This document shows positions 41,301-51,566 of a stretch of DNA of 64,000 bases, one piece after another. The stretch lies in the NCBI GenBank assembly GCA_020184695.1, contig JAANOX010000042.1, positions 1 through 64,000 on the forward strand, in the 5' to 3' direction. Source of the DNA: Histomonas meleagridis 2922-C6/04-290x. Taxonomy: Eukaryota; Protista; Parabasalia. Below the pieces are notes generated by a model. That model searched no databases and was not told the DNA's origin. It saw only the letters and a list, made by a program, of their open reading frames with translations. The translations under genes and the position numbers were made by a program. Every line of letters begins with the position of its first letter. Within the stretch, counting starts at the first letter, position 1.

Positions 41301-42258
41301 TTGGTGGAATTACAATACTTGTCAAGTTAAGACAATTTTCAAATGCACTATCACCAATTTGCTCAACATTTGATTCAAGTGTTACTGTTTCTAATAATGT
41401 ACAGTTATAAAATGCATAACTAAGAATTAATTGTGTTGATAAAGGTACAACAACATTAAGTAATCGAGTACAGTTATAAAATGCTTTTGTACCAATGGTT
41501 GAAACACTTGGGCCAAGTGTAAGTGTTGTGATTTTAGAACAGTTTTCAAAGCAATTATGTCCAATTATAACAACTCCTGTGCCAAATGTAAGTGTTGAGA
41601 TGTTTTCACAATGTTTAAAGGCTTGGTTACCAAGTGAAATAACTGAATCGGGAATTACTAATGTGACGATTGATGTGCAATCTTCAAAAGCTGAATTTCC
41701 TATCTTTGTAACATTTTTTCCAAAGTCAACCACTAAGTTGTGACATTTGTAAAATGCATAATCACCAATCAAAGTGACTGAATCTGGAATGACAACACGT
41801 TCCAAAATTTCGCATGAAGCAAAAGCATAGTGACCAATCTTTTCAACGCTTGTGCCAATTGTCAAGGTTGACAAGTTTTTATCATTTTGAAATGCATTAT
41901 TTCCAATTGAAACTACTGTATTAGGAATAGTAATTGATAGCAAAGAAGTATCTTTGAATGCACTGCTTCCAATTTTTTGTACATTAGGTCCAATAGTAAC
42001 AGATGTTAAATTATTGCATGCCTCAAATGCTGAAGACCCAATTGTTGTTACAGTTTCTTTTATTTCAACAGACTGCAATGCAGGCCAGCTACTGAAATCA
42101 TTGTCACCAATTTCAATGAGAAATGAACCAATTATGAGCTTTTCTGTTTGATCACGATATTTATCTTTTTCAAGATAATCTATTGAGTTAGATAGTGTTA
42201 AAGTATGTGTTGATTCATCATAACCTTGAGATGTAAGAGCAAAAAGGAGCGCAAACAT
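38314..42258 (-). CDS. BspA-like TpLRR (LRR_5) surface protein, type I membrane
   Basis: Signal peptide from ATG 42258; dozens of IPxSVxxIGxxAFxxCxxL repeats; Pro-rich stalk; TM ILAIVIPIVVVIIVVIVVVICI followed by RRRK. Confidence 0.97.
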   Translation of the reverse strand: MFALLFALTSQGYDESTHTLTLSNSIDYLEKDKYRDQTEKLIIGSFLIEIGDNDFSSWPALQSVEIKETVTTIGSSAFEACNNLTSVTIGPNVQKIGSSAFKDTSLLSITIPNTVVSIGNNAFQNDKNLSTLTIGTSVEKIGHYAFASCEILERVVIPDSVTLIGDYAFYKCHNLVVDFGKNVTKIGNSAFEDCTSIVTLVIPDSVISLGNQAFKHCENISTLTFGTGVVIIGHNCFENCSKITTLTLGPSVSTIGTKAFYNCTRLLNVVVPLSTQLILSYAFYNCTLLETVTLESNVEQIGDSAFENCLNLTSIVIPPKVTFISTKTFLYCINLTTVTIGQKVEVIYGSAFQNCYSLKSVTIPSSVKTISDSAFQTCYALESVNMGANVESIGSNCFQNCYLLRSTSIPNLIKTVPQYAFESCVSLVSISFGVNVTTIDSYAFQYCMSLQSVGFSYVGIVSQYSFAYCYNLRSVSFGNIIYSIGEYAFTGCVRLTSVSIGDTLSTIGNNAFYDCTGLQSIRIPSFVQSIGQFAFYNCYSLSSLILEEQDNETLHLSPSIQSQTFYNCTSLRTLKVPMQYQSIGNNAFEKCGLETVEISEGVREINNYAFQECTILREVKIPSTVTSIGNYVFYHCYRLQSIIVSSDNNVYKNIAGDGILYSSSEILCFPPAHEKVSYEAVGSYLFQVYSFADCVNLKTVVIKSGDTISRSSFDNCTSLTNVLFNTEINEVPQYAFNNCTALGNIVLPNSLTSIESYAFQDCTSFTYIIIPDKVTSIGQSAFSNCNNLKTIILGESVQTIGAYSFQNTGLESIIIPNSVQTIYDLAFDQCPHLKFIKVSEGNPKFANDNDDGVLYNKEITIIYCFPPAKGLQTFDFPKDITEIYKNAFHECHSLTSVNISNVINKIGASSFENCSSLQTVLIGSKANSIEYSAFAECVALTQFTFDKHSQLTTISGDAFRNCILLGSIEIPNTVTKIHQDAFINCSSITTITLPASLETIYMPLFINCTQLTTINVNSNNSVFANYNNDGVLYNKALTEVICYPPAKTGNVILPINITTIDNYAFYGCTGITSIDFYVNVTTIGENAFAFCTGLTSVQFGNVSTIGNAAFAYCSGLTDLGFSFATNVTSIGQYAFAFCTGLKDVYIPLKVTSIQLGVFYGCANLYSASIHDDVKSIGDISFGDTSLTCIYYTNKEYETKDLTQETVAVSRDAFLGSPTEYIMSYNTFYPTKFGCKAEGQFLDVEKGQWDGYANCPRPPKQEEKAPMPMTTILAIVIPIVVVIIVVIVVVICIRRRKSKGNSTTNPGTLHQDIVD

Positions 42259-42957
42259 CAAGAATATTTGTGGTTGGTGTCAAGTGGAAAACCGTCCAAG
42301 GTTGTGAAAATTTGTGTGATCACTTCACAAAATTTTTTCTTAAACATCGTTTCGGTTTATCTTAATTTTATAACAATTGTAATGTGAGGTTTCCATTTAA
42401 ACCTTATTTCAATTGACGATATGTCATAATTAAGAGGGGTGACTATTCAAAAATTGTGAAAATTCTGAGAACCATGGTAATTGAGTTGTTCATAAATGAC
42501 CACCACTAGAAATCCATCTCACATTTTTATAACGATCAAAATCGTTTGAAAAGTGAGTTTTAGCGGTTCTTCGAAATGAGAGATGATTTATCTCAAATTT
42601 TTCGAAGTCAATTACTATAAAAATTGTCTTTGGATATAGCAATAAATAGATGAGATAAAATTAAATTATGTGTAAATTAATTAATAATTCATAATTCAAG
42701 GATTATTTTTGAAAATGATATCTACGAAAATTCAAAACAAACCTACTACATCTAGAATTCTCTATTTGAATATTTCTAATTATTGCAATGTTTTTTTTTA
42801 AATCTTGGAATTATTTCTGTTCACTTTAAATCCCAAAACAGAGTATAATTTTCAATCCACATAAAACCTTAAAAAATTAAAATATGTATATCATTTTTAT
42901 TTTGAGTTTTTTGTTTTTAAAAAAGCAAAGGAAAATTTTAATCGGTTTATTCAAAAT

Positions 42958-45627
42958 ATGGCTAATAAAAGACAACTTAAAGAGCATGTAATGCCAATTC
43001 TTAACAAATATAAATGCACTGCTAATCGATGCATATCAGTTAATGCTAAATTTCAAGAAAAAAAGAAGAAAAACGTTAGTTTATTAATTACAAATTTAGG
43101 GTTGTTTTTCTTAAAGAAAACATCAATTTTAAAAAATCTTAAAGAATGGAATTTTATATCATATTTAGATCTATATGAATTTGAATATATAAATGAAAAT
43201 AATGTGTTATTAAAATACTTAAGAAATAATAAATGTTTTATTGAGTATAATAATATATTAGAAATTGTTGATATTTCTGTAACATCATATTTATCACTTT
43301 ATTATCAATCACCTAAATTTAAACCATTAATTTTTACAAATTTTTCAACTAATTATAATCAAAGCTTTTCAGAATCACCAATACCTAATCTTTTATCTAT
43401 ACGATATTTAGCACAGTGTATTAGATTTGGAAACCAATATTGTGAAACTACATTAAAAATATTCGAAGAATATGAAAAATCTACAAAATATTCGATATTT
43501 TTAAATGAAAAATGCTTAACACACAAAGATTATCGAATAATTACATTTCCATTATTACATTTACCTATTCAAGCTATACGATTTTCACAATATTCACCTT
43601 ATATTATAATGAAAATATTATTAAAAATTATTAAATATAATAAAAATTTAAAAGCAATATCATTACAAAATTATTCATTTATATATTTTCATAAGTTACA
43701 ATTTAGAAATTGTTTTAAACCAACTGTTGTTAGTTGGAGTTTTTGTAATATCAATATAGGAGAAAAATTATTGAAAAAATTGATTAAAACTTTTGAGTAT
43801 TATAAAGGAGAAATTCAACAACTAATATTTAAAAAAATAGATTTCACAAAAAGCTTAGCAGAAAACATTTGTAAAGAAATTAAAAATATCCATTGTATGC
43901 AAACTATAGAAGAATTAATATTAAACAAAATTAATGTTATAAATGATTCTCCTATAGATATATATGAAATATTTATGAACACATTTCAAACATTTTTATC
44001 ATTTCATAGAATTGTTATTACATCTTGGAAAAATTTAATAAATATTGAACCTAAAAATGAATGTTTTAATTTAAGTACCACAGCGAACATTAAACAAATA
44101 GTATTATCTAAATTTATTATAGAAAATATCAAACAAGACATAATTTTCCCTTCAAATATGGTTAATTTTGAATTTAACGAATGTACATTTACATCAAAAT
44201 CATTATTTCTAATTCTTCAATCATTGTCAAAACACCCTACACGATTTGTTTTATCATTAAATAACATTAATACTAATGAATGGACAAACTTTTATGATAT
44301 ATCAAAAAAATTAAATACATTATATAAATTAATCGAATTTGATTGGTCAGGTAATCCAATACCTAATGATTTTATTCCAACATTTTTAAAGTTATTTATT
44401 AATCATGATTTGAAGTTTCTGTCAATTTCAGATTGTTTTACCAAACAACAAATTCCAGAATTAAAACAATTCTTAAAAGAATTAGCAAAAATTAAACTAT
44501 GGGGCTTAGAAATCAAAGGATTAAAACCAGAAACAATATTTGAAACAAAACTTAATGAAATTTTACCAGAACTTGAAAACATTAAAACATTAGAACATTT
44601 GAATATTTCTAATCAACAGTTCAAAAAAGATTTAGTACATTCTATAGTTAAACTAATAGAAACATTAAAAATTAATGAGTTGATTATTGATAATGTTGGT
44701 CTTGAAAAGCTTTCATATTTCTTCACATTTTACACACGTTTATTATCTATTCCAACAATTCGATGTCTTGGAAGACCTTTTATAGAATTTGATGGCAATA
44801 ATATGTTCGATGAAAATAAAATTGAAAAATTACGTGAATTTAAATCTAAACTTTGTACTACACAAATTCCATCTATTCGAAAAATTCGTGCGTCTTATTA
44901 TCAAAGCAATTCAGAAATGAGTAGATTTTTAGATTTTTTATATAGATATCCAAGTTATTTATTAAAAATATATTATGTTGATCCTTATGGAATTATGATA
45001 CGCCATCAAAATTCATTAATGATTCGTTCATTAAATGATCCTAATATAGAACAAATTAATGAATCTCTAAGTTTTCAACAAAGTAAATTTCTTTTATCGC
45101 CTTTTAATGCACCTCATAAAATTAGTGAAAAATTTGAAATTCCGTTATTTATACGTAATAATCACAAAAATTACAAATTTAATGAAAATATTATTAACGA
45201 ATTTATTGAGAATATTAATGAAGAAGAAGTTATAGAAAAATATGATAAATATATACGAAATGCAAGACAAAGTACATTTAAAAAAATTATAGGCATCAGA
45301 GAGATTTTTAAAAATTTTCAAAACAATTATCATATAAACGAAGATAAAATATTAAAATCAGAAATTAAGCCAAGTAAACCTTTTTATATAATACCACCTC
45401 AACATCTCCAAATTATTTTGAACATTTCATCAGAATTATCAGAAGAAGAATCTGAAACTAGAACAGATTATTCTCAGTTGCATACACAAAGTGAAATTTA
45501 TCAAGAAACTTCAAGCTCAAGAATGACTTTTGACAATAGTACATTTGATATGTTTATGGGTAATAAAATTAAAACAGATATGAATTTTTCAGATTCAAAT
45601 ATTTCAACTAACAACTTTTTAAAATGA
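42958..45627 (+). CDS. CARMIL-like PH plus RNI-type LRR protein
   Basis: PH-like N-terminus (VSLLITNLGLFFL) and LRR segments FDWSGNPI, LSISDC, LEHLNISNQ. Confidence 0.7.
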   Translation: MANKRQLKEHVMPILNKYKCTANRCISVNAKFQEKKKKNVSLLITNLGLFFLKKTSILKNLKEWNFISYLDLYEFEYINENNVLLKYLRNNKCFIEYNNILEIVDISVTSYLSLYYQSPKFKPLIFTNFSTNYNQSFSESPIPNLLSIRYLAQCIRFGNQYCETTLKIFEEYEKSTKYSIFLNEKCLTHKDYRIITFPLLHLPIQAIRFSQYSPYIIMKILLKIIKYNKNLKAISLQNYSFIYFHKLQFRNCFKPTVVSWSFCNINIGEKLLKKLIKTFEYYKGEIQQLIFKKIDFTKSLAENICKEIKNIHCMQTIEELILNKINVINDSPIDIYEIFMNTFQTFLSFHRIVITSWKNLINIEPKNECFNLSTTANIKQIVLSKFIIENIKQDIIFPSNMVNFEFNECTFTSKSLFLILQSLSKHPTRFVLSLNNINTNEWTNFYDISKKLNTLYKLIEFDWSGNPIPNDFIPTFLKLFINHDLKFLSISDCFTKQQIPELKQFLKELAKIKLWGLEIKGLKPETIFETKLNEILPELENIKTLEHLNISNQQFKKDLVHSIVKLIETLKINELIIDNVGLEKLSYFFTFYTRLLSIPTIRCLGRPFIEFDGNNMFDENKIEKLREFKSKLCTTQIPSIRKIRASYYQSNSEMSRFLDFLYRYPSYLLKIYYVDPYGIMIRHQNSLMIRSLNDPNIEQINESLSFQQSKFLLSPFNAPHKISEKFEIPLFIRNNHKNYKFNENIINEFIENINEEEVIEKYDKYIRNARQSTFKKIIGIREIFKNFQNNYHINEDKILKSEIKPSKPFYIIPPQHLQIILNISSELSEEESETRTDYSQLHTQSEIYQETSSSRMTFDNSTFDMFMGNKIKTDMNFSDSNISTNNFLK

Positions 45628-45859
45628 TGAATCTCATAACAAAAAGGCTTGAAGCATATAGTATTTTGAAAAAAAATCGATACAAATTTGATGATGTTTT
45701 GATTCATAATATGAATTTAATGATTTTGGAACTCTATGGAGAGAATTGGACTGATTATACAATTCAATCTATTTTCACTTATTCATATCAATTTACATAA
45801 GGAAATATAAAAAACAAAATACATAATCATAAGGACAATTTTTTAAAAATTTTTGAAAT

Positions 45860-46350
45860 CACCATGTTCATAACATCAAGGTTGGATATTTGAGTCTTTT
45901 TGGTGGTCTTTTTTTCTTTCTCACTTTTTTTAAATACAAATTTTCATTCCAAAAACTTTTTCTTGTTGTGCATATTTAACTTCGTCATAAGTCCTTTGAC
46001 TCTTTCTTCTAGTTGTTATCCATGAACGATCCCTGCATGGCCATATTCAATGTTTCTTGTAGGTCATCTGTTGCGTCCAACAAAGTGAAGATATCATTTC
46101 GCATCTTTACCTAGTTGATCGAGTTCATTGAGTTTTGTGCATTGTTTAAGTGTTACTCCTTATAGATCAGATCATCACCCAAATAGCCAACATGGAATGA
46201 GTTTCCACATAAGAAATATCGTGAAGGTATGTCACTCTTCACTTTACATGTTTTACATACTTCAGGGATTTGTCATGAAGAAGTCATTTTCAATTTGTGA
46301 TATATCGGAATTTAACTCTTCGAGTTCTTCATCGAGTTTCTTTAATGTCG
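45860..46350 (-). pseudogene. Decayed gene with a PHD/RING-like Cys/His pattern
   Basis: VCKTC..YFLCGNSFHVGYL..QCTK followed by a protein-like frame with 4 in-frame stops and two frameshifts. Confidence 0.45.
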
Positions 46351-46489
46351 TTAAAATAGATTTAAAAATAATTTACTTAAAAAGAAAACAATTAAAATTA
46401 AAAAATTATTTTTTAACATCTAAAAAAATTTTAATGTTCTGCTGTGATTTTTTTTGCTCATTTTGTACTTTCCAAAAGGAAAATTGAAT

Positions 46490-47068
46490 TTATATTATCA
46501 AAAAAATCAAAAGAAACATGAAAAACAGAAGCAAACTCAATAAAATACGTTTCACATTAATGGGAAATTTTTGACTTTTCGTCTTTGCTTGCAAAGGTGA
46601 TTGACTGCGAGAGCAGCTGCTTGAAATTGGAGTCAAATTTGGGGTTGGGAAATTTGGTGAACTTTCACGTGAAGAAGAAAGAGGAGATGGTGTTACGTTT
46701 GGTGGATGTGATTTTCTCTGCAGAGAAGGTTTTAAAGACGTCATTTCGTCATTAACATGTCCGTCATCTTTAGTCATTATTTTTGTGTGAATGGATTTAA
46801 TATGAGTTGGTGAAGGAGTTTGAGATAAATCAAATACCTGTTGTGGAGAATTTTGAAGTGAACTGTTCGAACTGCCAATCTCACGTGGGTTCTTTACAGT
46901 AAGCAAAGGACTAAATGGTATTTCAGATAGTGGATTTACTTTTGATAATAATCGAACAATTTCTCTTTTTTTAGCACCTTTCGGAATTTCAATTGAGCAC
47001 TCTTGAGCAGCAAGTCTAAGCAATGGGACCGTGTTGCTTTCTAAGTTTTCCCAATTTATGAAATTCAA
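46490..47068 (-). CDS. HeH/LEM-domain tail-anchored membrane protein; start codon unresolved
   Basis: NTVPLLRLAAQECSIEIPKGAKKREIVRLL resembles the HeH domain (TVxxLRxxLxxxxIxxPxxAKKxxLI). Ser/Pro-rich linker and C-terminal TM. No ATG before 46777. Confidence 0.65.
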   Translation of the reverse strand: MNFINWENLESNTVPLLRLAAQECSIEIPKGAKKREIVRLLSKVNPLSEIPFSPLLTVKNPREIGSSNSSLQNSPQQVFDLSQTPSPTHIKSIHTKIMTKDDGHVNDEMTSLKPSLQRKSHPPNVTPSPLSSSRESSPNFPTPNLTPISSSCSRSQSPLQAKTKSQKFPINVKRILLSLLLFFMFLLIFLII

Positions 47069-47414
47069 CTTTAGAGGGATTTTTTTTAAACGTTCTTCAT
47101 CATGATTTCATTTCAAATCGTTTTCATTTGAAAACAAAGAGATAAGACTTCTTATTGGTTTCTATTTGTGACTTATGAAACACACCCACCTCATAAATTT
47201 GCTTATAGGATACAATAATTTGATTTTCAAATATCGAAATTATCACATTAATTTAAATTGTTTGAAAATTCATTTTTTTTAAATATTATTCTTTCGTATG
47301 AAATCTATTATAATCATCATGTTTAGAACAGCAAGGAAAGAATTTTTAAAATTTATTCCAAGAAATTTTCTCTGAGTAGAACCCCCAAGACCAAACAAAC
47401 ATAGTTAATTCCAA

Positions 47415-47642
47415 ATGCTAATTCCGGTTCGTTGCTTCACATGTGGCGCAATGATTGCTAGCAAATGGGATCAATATGTCCAACTAGTTAACTCAGGAGT
47501 TCCTATAGAAGAGGCATTAAACCAATTACAAATCAACAGATATTGTTGCAGAAGAATGATGATGACTCACATCGTTTTAGCAGAGAAAATGATGCCTTAC
47601 TCTAGAACTTTAATGCCAGCGGAAGAACAACAAGAAGAATAA
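47415..47642 (+). CDS. RPB10: RNA polymerase I/II/III shared subunit RPB10 (RPABC5)
   Basis: MLIPVRCFTCG...RYCCRRMMMTH. Confidence 0.97.
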   Translation: MLIPVRCFTCGAMIASKWDQYVQLVNSGVPIEEALNQLQINRYCCRRMMMTHIVLAEKMMPYSRTLMPAEEQQEE

Positions 47643-47914
47643 ATTTTTTTTTGAGATACATAAAAATATTATAGCTTATTTTAATTTTAAAACCGTGCTG
47701 TTTATTGAACTCTACCATGTGATCAATTTTTGTTATTAGGTAATGAAGTTGATAAATTATTAATTAATTATTTTTTTTGAAAAAATTCTATTTTGAACAT
47801 TTATATTTCAAATGATGAGGAAGAATTTACCAATGATTTGAAAAACATTTAGGCTGTATTGTTCTTTTGTACCATTCAAGAAATGCATGGCGCCTTTTTT
47901 AACGTACAAAAAAT

Positions 47915-50900
47915 ATGAGGAACCAAATTCGTGAAGATCTTCCTTTTTCGGATGTAACCTATAATATTAAACTCAAAGATTTATCCTTAGAAAATTCTGA
48001 ATTAAAAGCAAAAATAGAGGACTTGGAATCAAGATTATTAATTATCAAAGAAAATCAAAAAAATGAAAGAATAAAGCATAAAAACGAAATTGAAAACCTA
48101 ACAGAGAATAATCGCATTTCACAAGAAGAAATGATTAAAAAAATTAATGAACTACAGACAAAACTTGATCAAAATTTTAACAATGTAAAAGATGATCAAC
48201 AACTAAATTTTCAAGTAAATGCATTTTTAGATTTTCTTTCTTCAAAAGAAGATCAAAATATTATGAATTTAAATCAAGCCATGAAATTGTATTCAAACCT
48301 TTTTTCTTCTATTAAAGATCACTCAGAAAAAAACAAAACTTATGAAAAACAAAACTCACTATTGTCAGCACAACTCAAAAAATTGGAAGAAAAACTTGAA
48401 AACTCAAATAATAAAATCCATTCACTTCAGAAAAAAATACGATACTTTAAACAAAATGCTTCAAATGCGGATAAAAACATAACAGAACTCACAAAAAATT
48501 TACAAAATAAGAGTAAAAATGAAGTTAGTGAACTTGAAAACACAATAAATGAACAAAACATCAAGATCCAAGAACTGACAATCGAGTTAAAGAAAGCAAG
48601 AGAACAAACAAACGAGCAAAATAAGAGTTACATTCAGGAAACATACGAATCAAAATTAACAATCCAAAATAACAAAATTGAAATATTGAATAAATCAATT
48701 GAAGAAAAAGAACAACAAATTCAAGAATTGCAAAATAAATTACAACAAACTGAAGAAAATAATCAAATATTATCTAATCTAAATAAAGAAAAAGAAAAAT
48801 TAATGATTGATCAAGAAAAGATAATCGAAATATCAAAGAATAAAATAAAAGATTATAAAATAAAGGAATCACAGCTTAAAAATGAATACAATGAACTCAA
48901 CACAAAAATTATCGAATATGAAACAAATATTCATGAATTAAAATATCAAATATCTGAACTAAAAACTAGCAAAGATCAAAAAAAAGATATTAAAGATGAA
49001 GGAAAAATTATTCAAACATCAGATAAATATAAAGAAGAAAACGAAATGTTGAAAGAATCAATTACATCTTTGGAAAAACTTATTGAATCACAAACGAATG
49101 AAATTTCAGAATTATATAAACAAAGATATGGAATTGTTCAACAACTTAATAATGTTGATTCATTTTTATTACAAAATGATTCATCTATTCAAAAGGTTCT
49201 CAAAAAATATAATTTGTTACTTAAAGACAATAAAAATTTAAAGAAAAAAATAATTCAAACTAAAGTCAGAACTAAAAACTTAATAAATTCATCCATCAAT
49301 CAAATTCTTGATCTCATTCCACAAGAACTTTCTAATGAAGTTAACAATCTGAAAAATCAATCAATTGATAAAGTAATAAATAATTTAACAAAAACTCTTC
49401 TACAACATTTCGAAGAATTAGAATCGAATAAAAACATCCAAAATGAAAATAAAGAATTAAATTATTTTAAGAAGAGATATAACGCAATACTTATGCAACT
49501 TGATGGAGCATATCGGTGCCTTAAATCTATTGCATATGGAAGGGATCAAGATTTAGATTCAAATCTTAGATCAGAATTATTGAAGTCTTGTGCAAGAATT
49601 GGATCTTTTATTGATGTTCAAAAAGAAGAATTTCCTTTACCTGAATTCAGAAAATCAATTTTTAATACTTTTGATATTAGAGATCCAGAAAATATTTCAC
49701 AAATTCTTCTTGACTTTATTCCAGAAGATGATATCTATAAAACTCCATATCATGAGTTAATTACTTTAATTTTATGTATGGTCCAAGTTAATATATTATT
49801 AAATAATAGAATTCTTTCAAATGAACAAAAATTATTTGAGTTTTCAAAAATTAGTCAACTTGAAGAAGATCATATGAATCAAATTCGTGAATTAGAGAAT
49901 TGGAAATTAGAACAAATAACAAATAATCAAAGACTTTCAAAAGTTATTTCTAAAATTTTGAATGAACAAACAAATGACTTCAAAATTCTTTCGGATCGTT
50001 TCATCGATATTTTTAGTGATGAACCAATTAGTATTATCAAAGAATCTGAAAAGAATATAATGATTGAAAATATTGATGATTTAGAAAATCAAGTTAAAAT
50101 GTTACAAAAAAGGTTAATGAAGAAAGAAAATGAAAAAAAGAAAACAGAAAAAGAAATTAGTAATAAAGATATTATCGAAAAAACCATTAAACAAAATCAA
50201 GAAATAAATGAATATAAGATCAAATTTGAAGAATCACAAAATCAATTAACTGAAATGGAATCCAAAATCTTGCATCAAAAGGAAACAAGTCAATCAACAA
50301 TTAATGATTTAACTTCTCAAAATTCTTTATTACAAGAAGAAAATCACAAACTTCATGAATACCTTAAAGAAAAAGAATCATCAATTATGGAATTAAATAA
50401 TAATAAAGAATCGCTTCAAGAAAGAATCAAAGAAATTAATCAAAAAATGCAAAAAGTTATTTCGCAGAAAAATAATTATAAACAAAAGTACAATGAAATT
50501 AGTCAAAATAACTCAATAACTTTAGCTGATTTAAAGGAAAGAAGTATTGACTTAAATTCAAAATATGAAGAGAGAATTAATGAACTTGAAACAGAATTAG
50601 AAACTGTTAAAGAATCCTTAACAAAAGCAAATGAAAACATTAATAAATTTAATAAAATTAAAAATGATCTTCAATTACAAAATGCAAAATTACAATTATC
50701 TGAAAGAACAGCATTGTTAAAAGTTAAGTCTCTTACTGATGCTTTAACTCGTGAAAAAGAAGAATCAAAAGCAAAACAATTATCTATTATGATAGATATG
50801 AAGAATCAAAATAATAAAGTTATTAATAATCTAAATGATACTATAGAAGATTGTAAAATGCTTTTGATTAAAGTTCTTAATGAAGAATTCAACTATAAAA

Positions 50901-51514
50901 TTGATGAAAACAAAGAAATAGACTTAAATAACTTGCTTTCAATTATTTATTCACAACTTAAAGAAAGAAAAGAACAACAAAATATTTCAAAAGATGTAAT
51001 AATACTTAAGAAAAGATTATGTCTTAGCCCAACAAAATCTTTAATATCTGCTTATGATACAATTTCTCAAAAACTTAATGATCAAAATGAATTTATTTCA
51101 AAGTTAAATGAACAAATTAAAACTAATCAATCAAAAATATCACAATTAGAAAAAGAAAATAAAACCTTACAACGTTATAAAAAGGAATTATCAGATTGGA
51201 ATAATTGGAGTAATTCAATGTTACATCAGATATCTGATACATCATTTCTTTTATTACCTTCAGCAGATACACGTTTCTTACTTGAAGAATCAATCTTATC
51301 TTCAATTTCACATAGATCACTTGTTAGAAAAATGAATATTTTAAGAGCAGAGAAGAAGCTTTATAAATCATCTAAACTTCAATTACTTTCACCTAAACGT
51401 GAAAAAGTCAGATCAGTACGTCCTTTAATTCTTGCTTTTATTTTTTCAAGCAGATTAATGAAAACTAGTGGGAAAATACCAATAAATTACTCATCACCAC
51501 AAAATATCACTTAA
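47915..51514 (+). CDS. Large coiled-coil protein (1199 aa)
   Basis: Long heptad-rich E/K/N/Q/L tracts, a central helical insert and a basic/hydrophobic C-terminal motif. Confidence 0.85.
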   Translation: MRNQIREDLPFSDVTYNIKLKDLSLENSELKAKIEDLESRLLIIKENQKNERIKHKNEIENLTENNRISQEEMIKKINELQTKLDQNFNNVKDDQQLNFQVNAFLDFLSSKEDQNIMNLNQAMKLYSNLFSSIKDHSEKNKTYEKQNSLLSAQLKKLEEKLENSNNKIHSLQKKIRYFKQNASNADKNITELTKNLQNKSKNEVSELENTINEQNIKIQELTIELKKAREQTNEQNKSYIQETYESKLTIQNNKIEILNKSIEEKEQQIQELQNKLQQTEENNQILSNLNKEKEKLMIDQEKIIEISKNKIKDYKIKESQLKNEYNELNTKIIEYETNIHELKYQISELKTSKDQKKDIKDEGKIIQTSDKYKEENEMLKESITSLEKLIESQTNEISELYKQRYGIVQQLNNVDSFLLQNDSSIQKVLKKYNLLLKDNKNLKKKIIQTKVRTKNLINSSINQILDLIPQELSNEVNNLKNQSIDKVINNLTKTLLQHFEELESNKNIQNENKELNYFKKRYNAILMQLDGAYRCLKSIAYGRDQDLDSNLRSELLKSCARIGSFIDVQKEEFPLPEFRKSIFNTFDIRDPENISQILLDFIPEDDIYKTPYHELITLILCMVQVNILLNNRILSNEQKLFEFSKISQLEEDHMNQIRELENWKLEQITNNQRLSKVISKILNEQTNDFKILSDRFIDIFSDEPISIIKESEKNIMIENIDDLENQVKMLQKRLMKKENEKKKTEKEISNKDIIEKTIKQNQEINEYKIKFEESQNQLTEMESKILHQKETSQSTINDLTSQNSLLQEENHKLHEYLKEKESSIMELNNNKESLQERIKEINQKMQKVISQKNNYKQKYNEISQNNSITLADLKERSIDLNSKYEERINELETELETVKESLTKANENINKFNKIKNDLQLQNAKLQLSERTALLKVKSLTDALTREKEESKAKQLSIMIDMKNQNNKVINNLNDTIEDCKMLLIKVLNEEFNYKIDENKEIDLNNLLSIIYSQLKERKEQQNISKDVIILKKRLCLSPTKSLISAYDTISQKLNDQNEFISKLNEQIKTNQSKISQLEKENKTLQRYKKELSDWNNWSNSMLHQISDTSFLLLPSADTRFLLEESILSSISHRSLVRKMNILRAEKKLYKSSKLQLLSPKREKVRSVRPLILAFIFSSRLMKTSGKIPINYSSPQNIT

Positions 51515-51566
51515 ATTTACATCAACGATCGTTTTTCAGTCAAAAAGTGGAATGAATGATTTACTT

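Noticed and set aside
46255-46260. GTATGT on the minus strand as the donor of a split (trans-spliced) intron
   Set aside because: No acceptor or pairing arm was found; it is better read as Val-Cys codons of the decayed gene.
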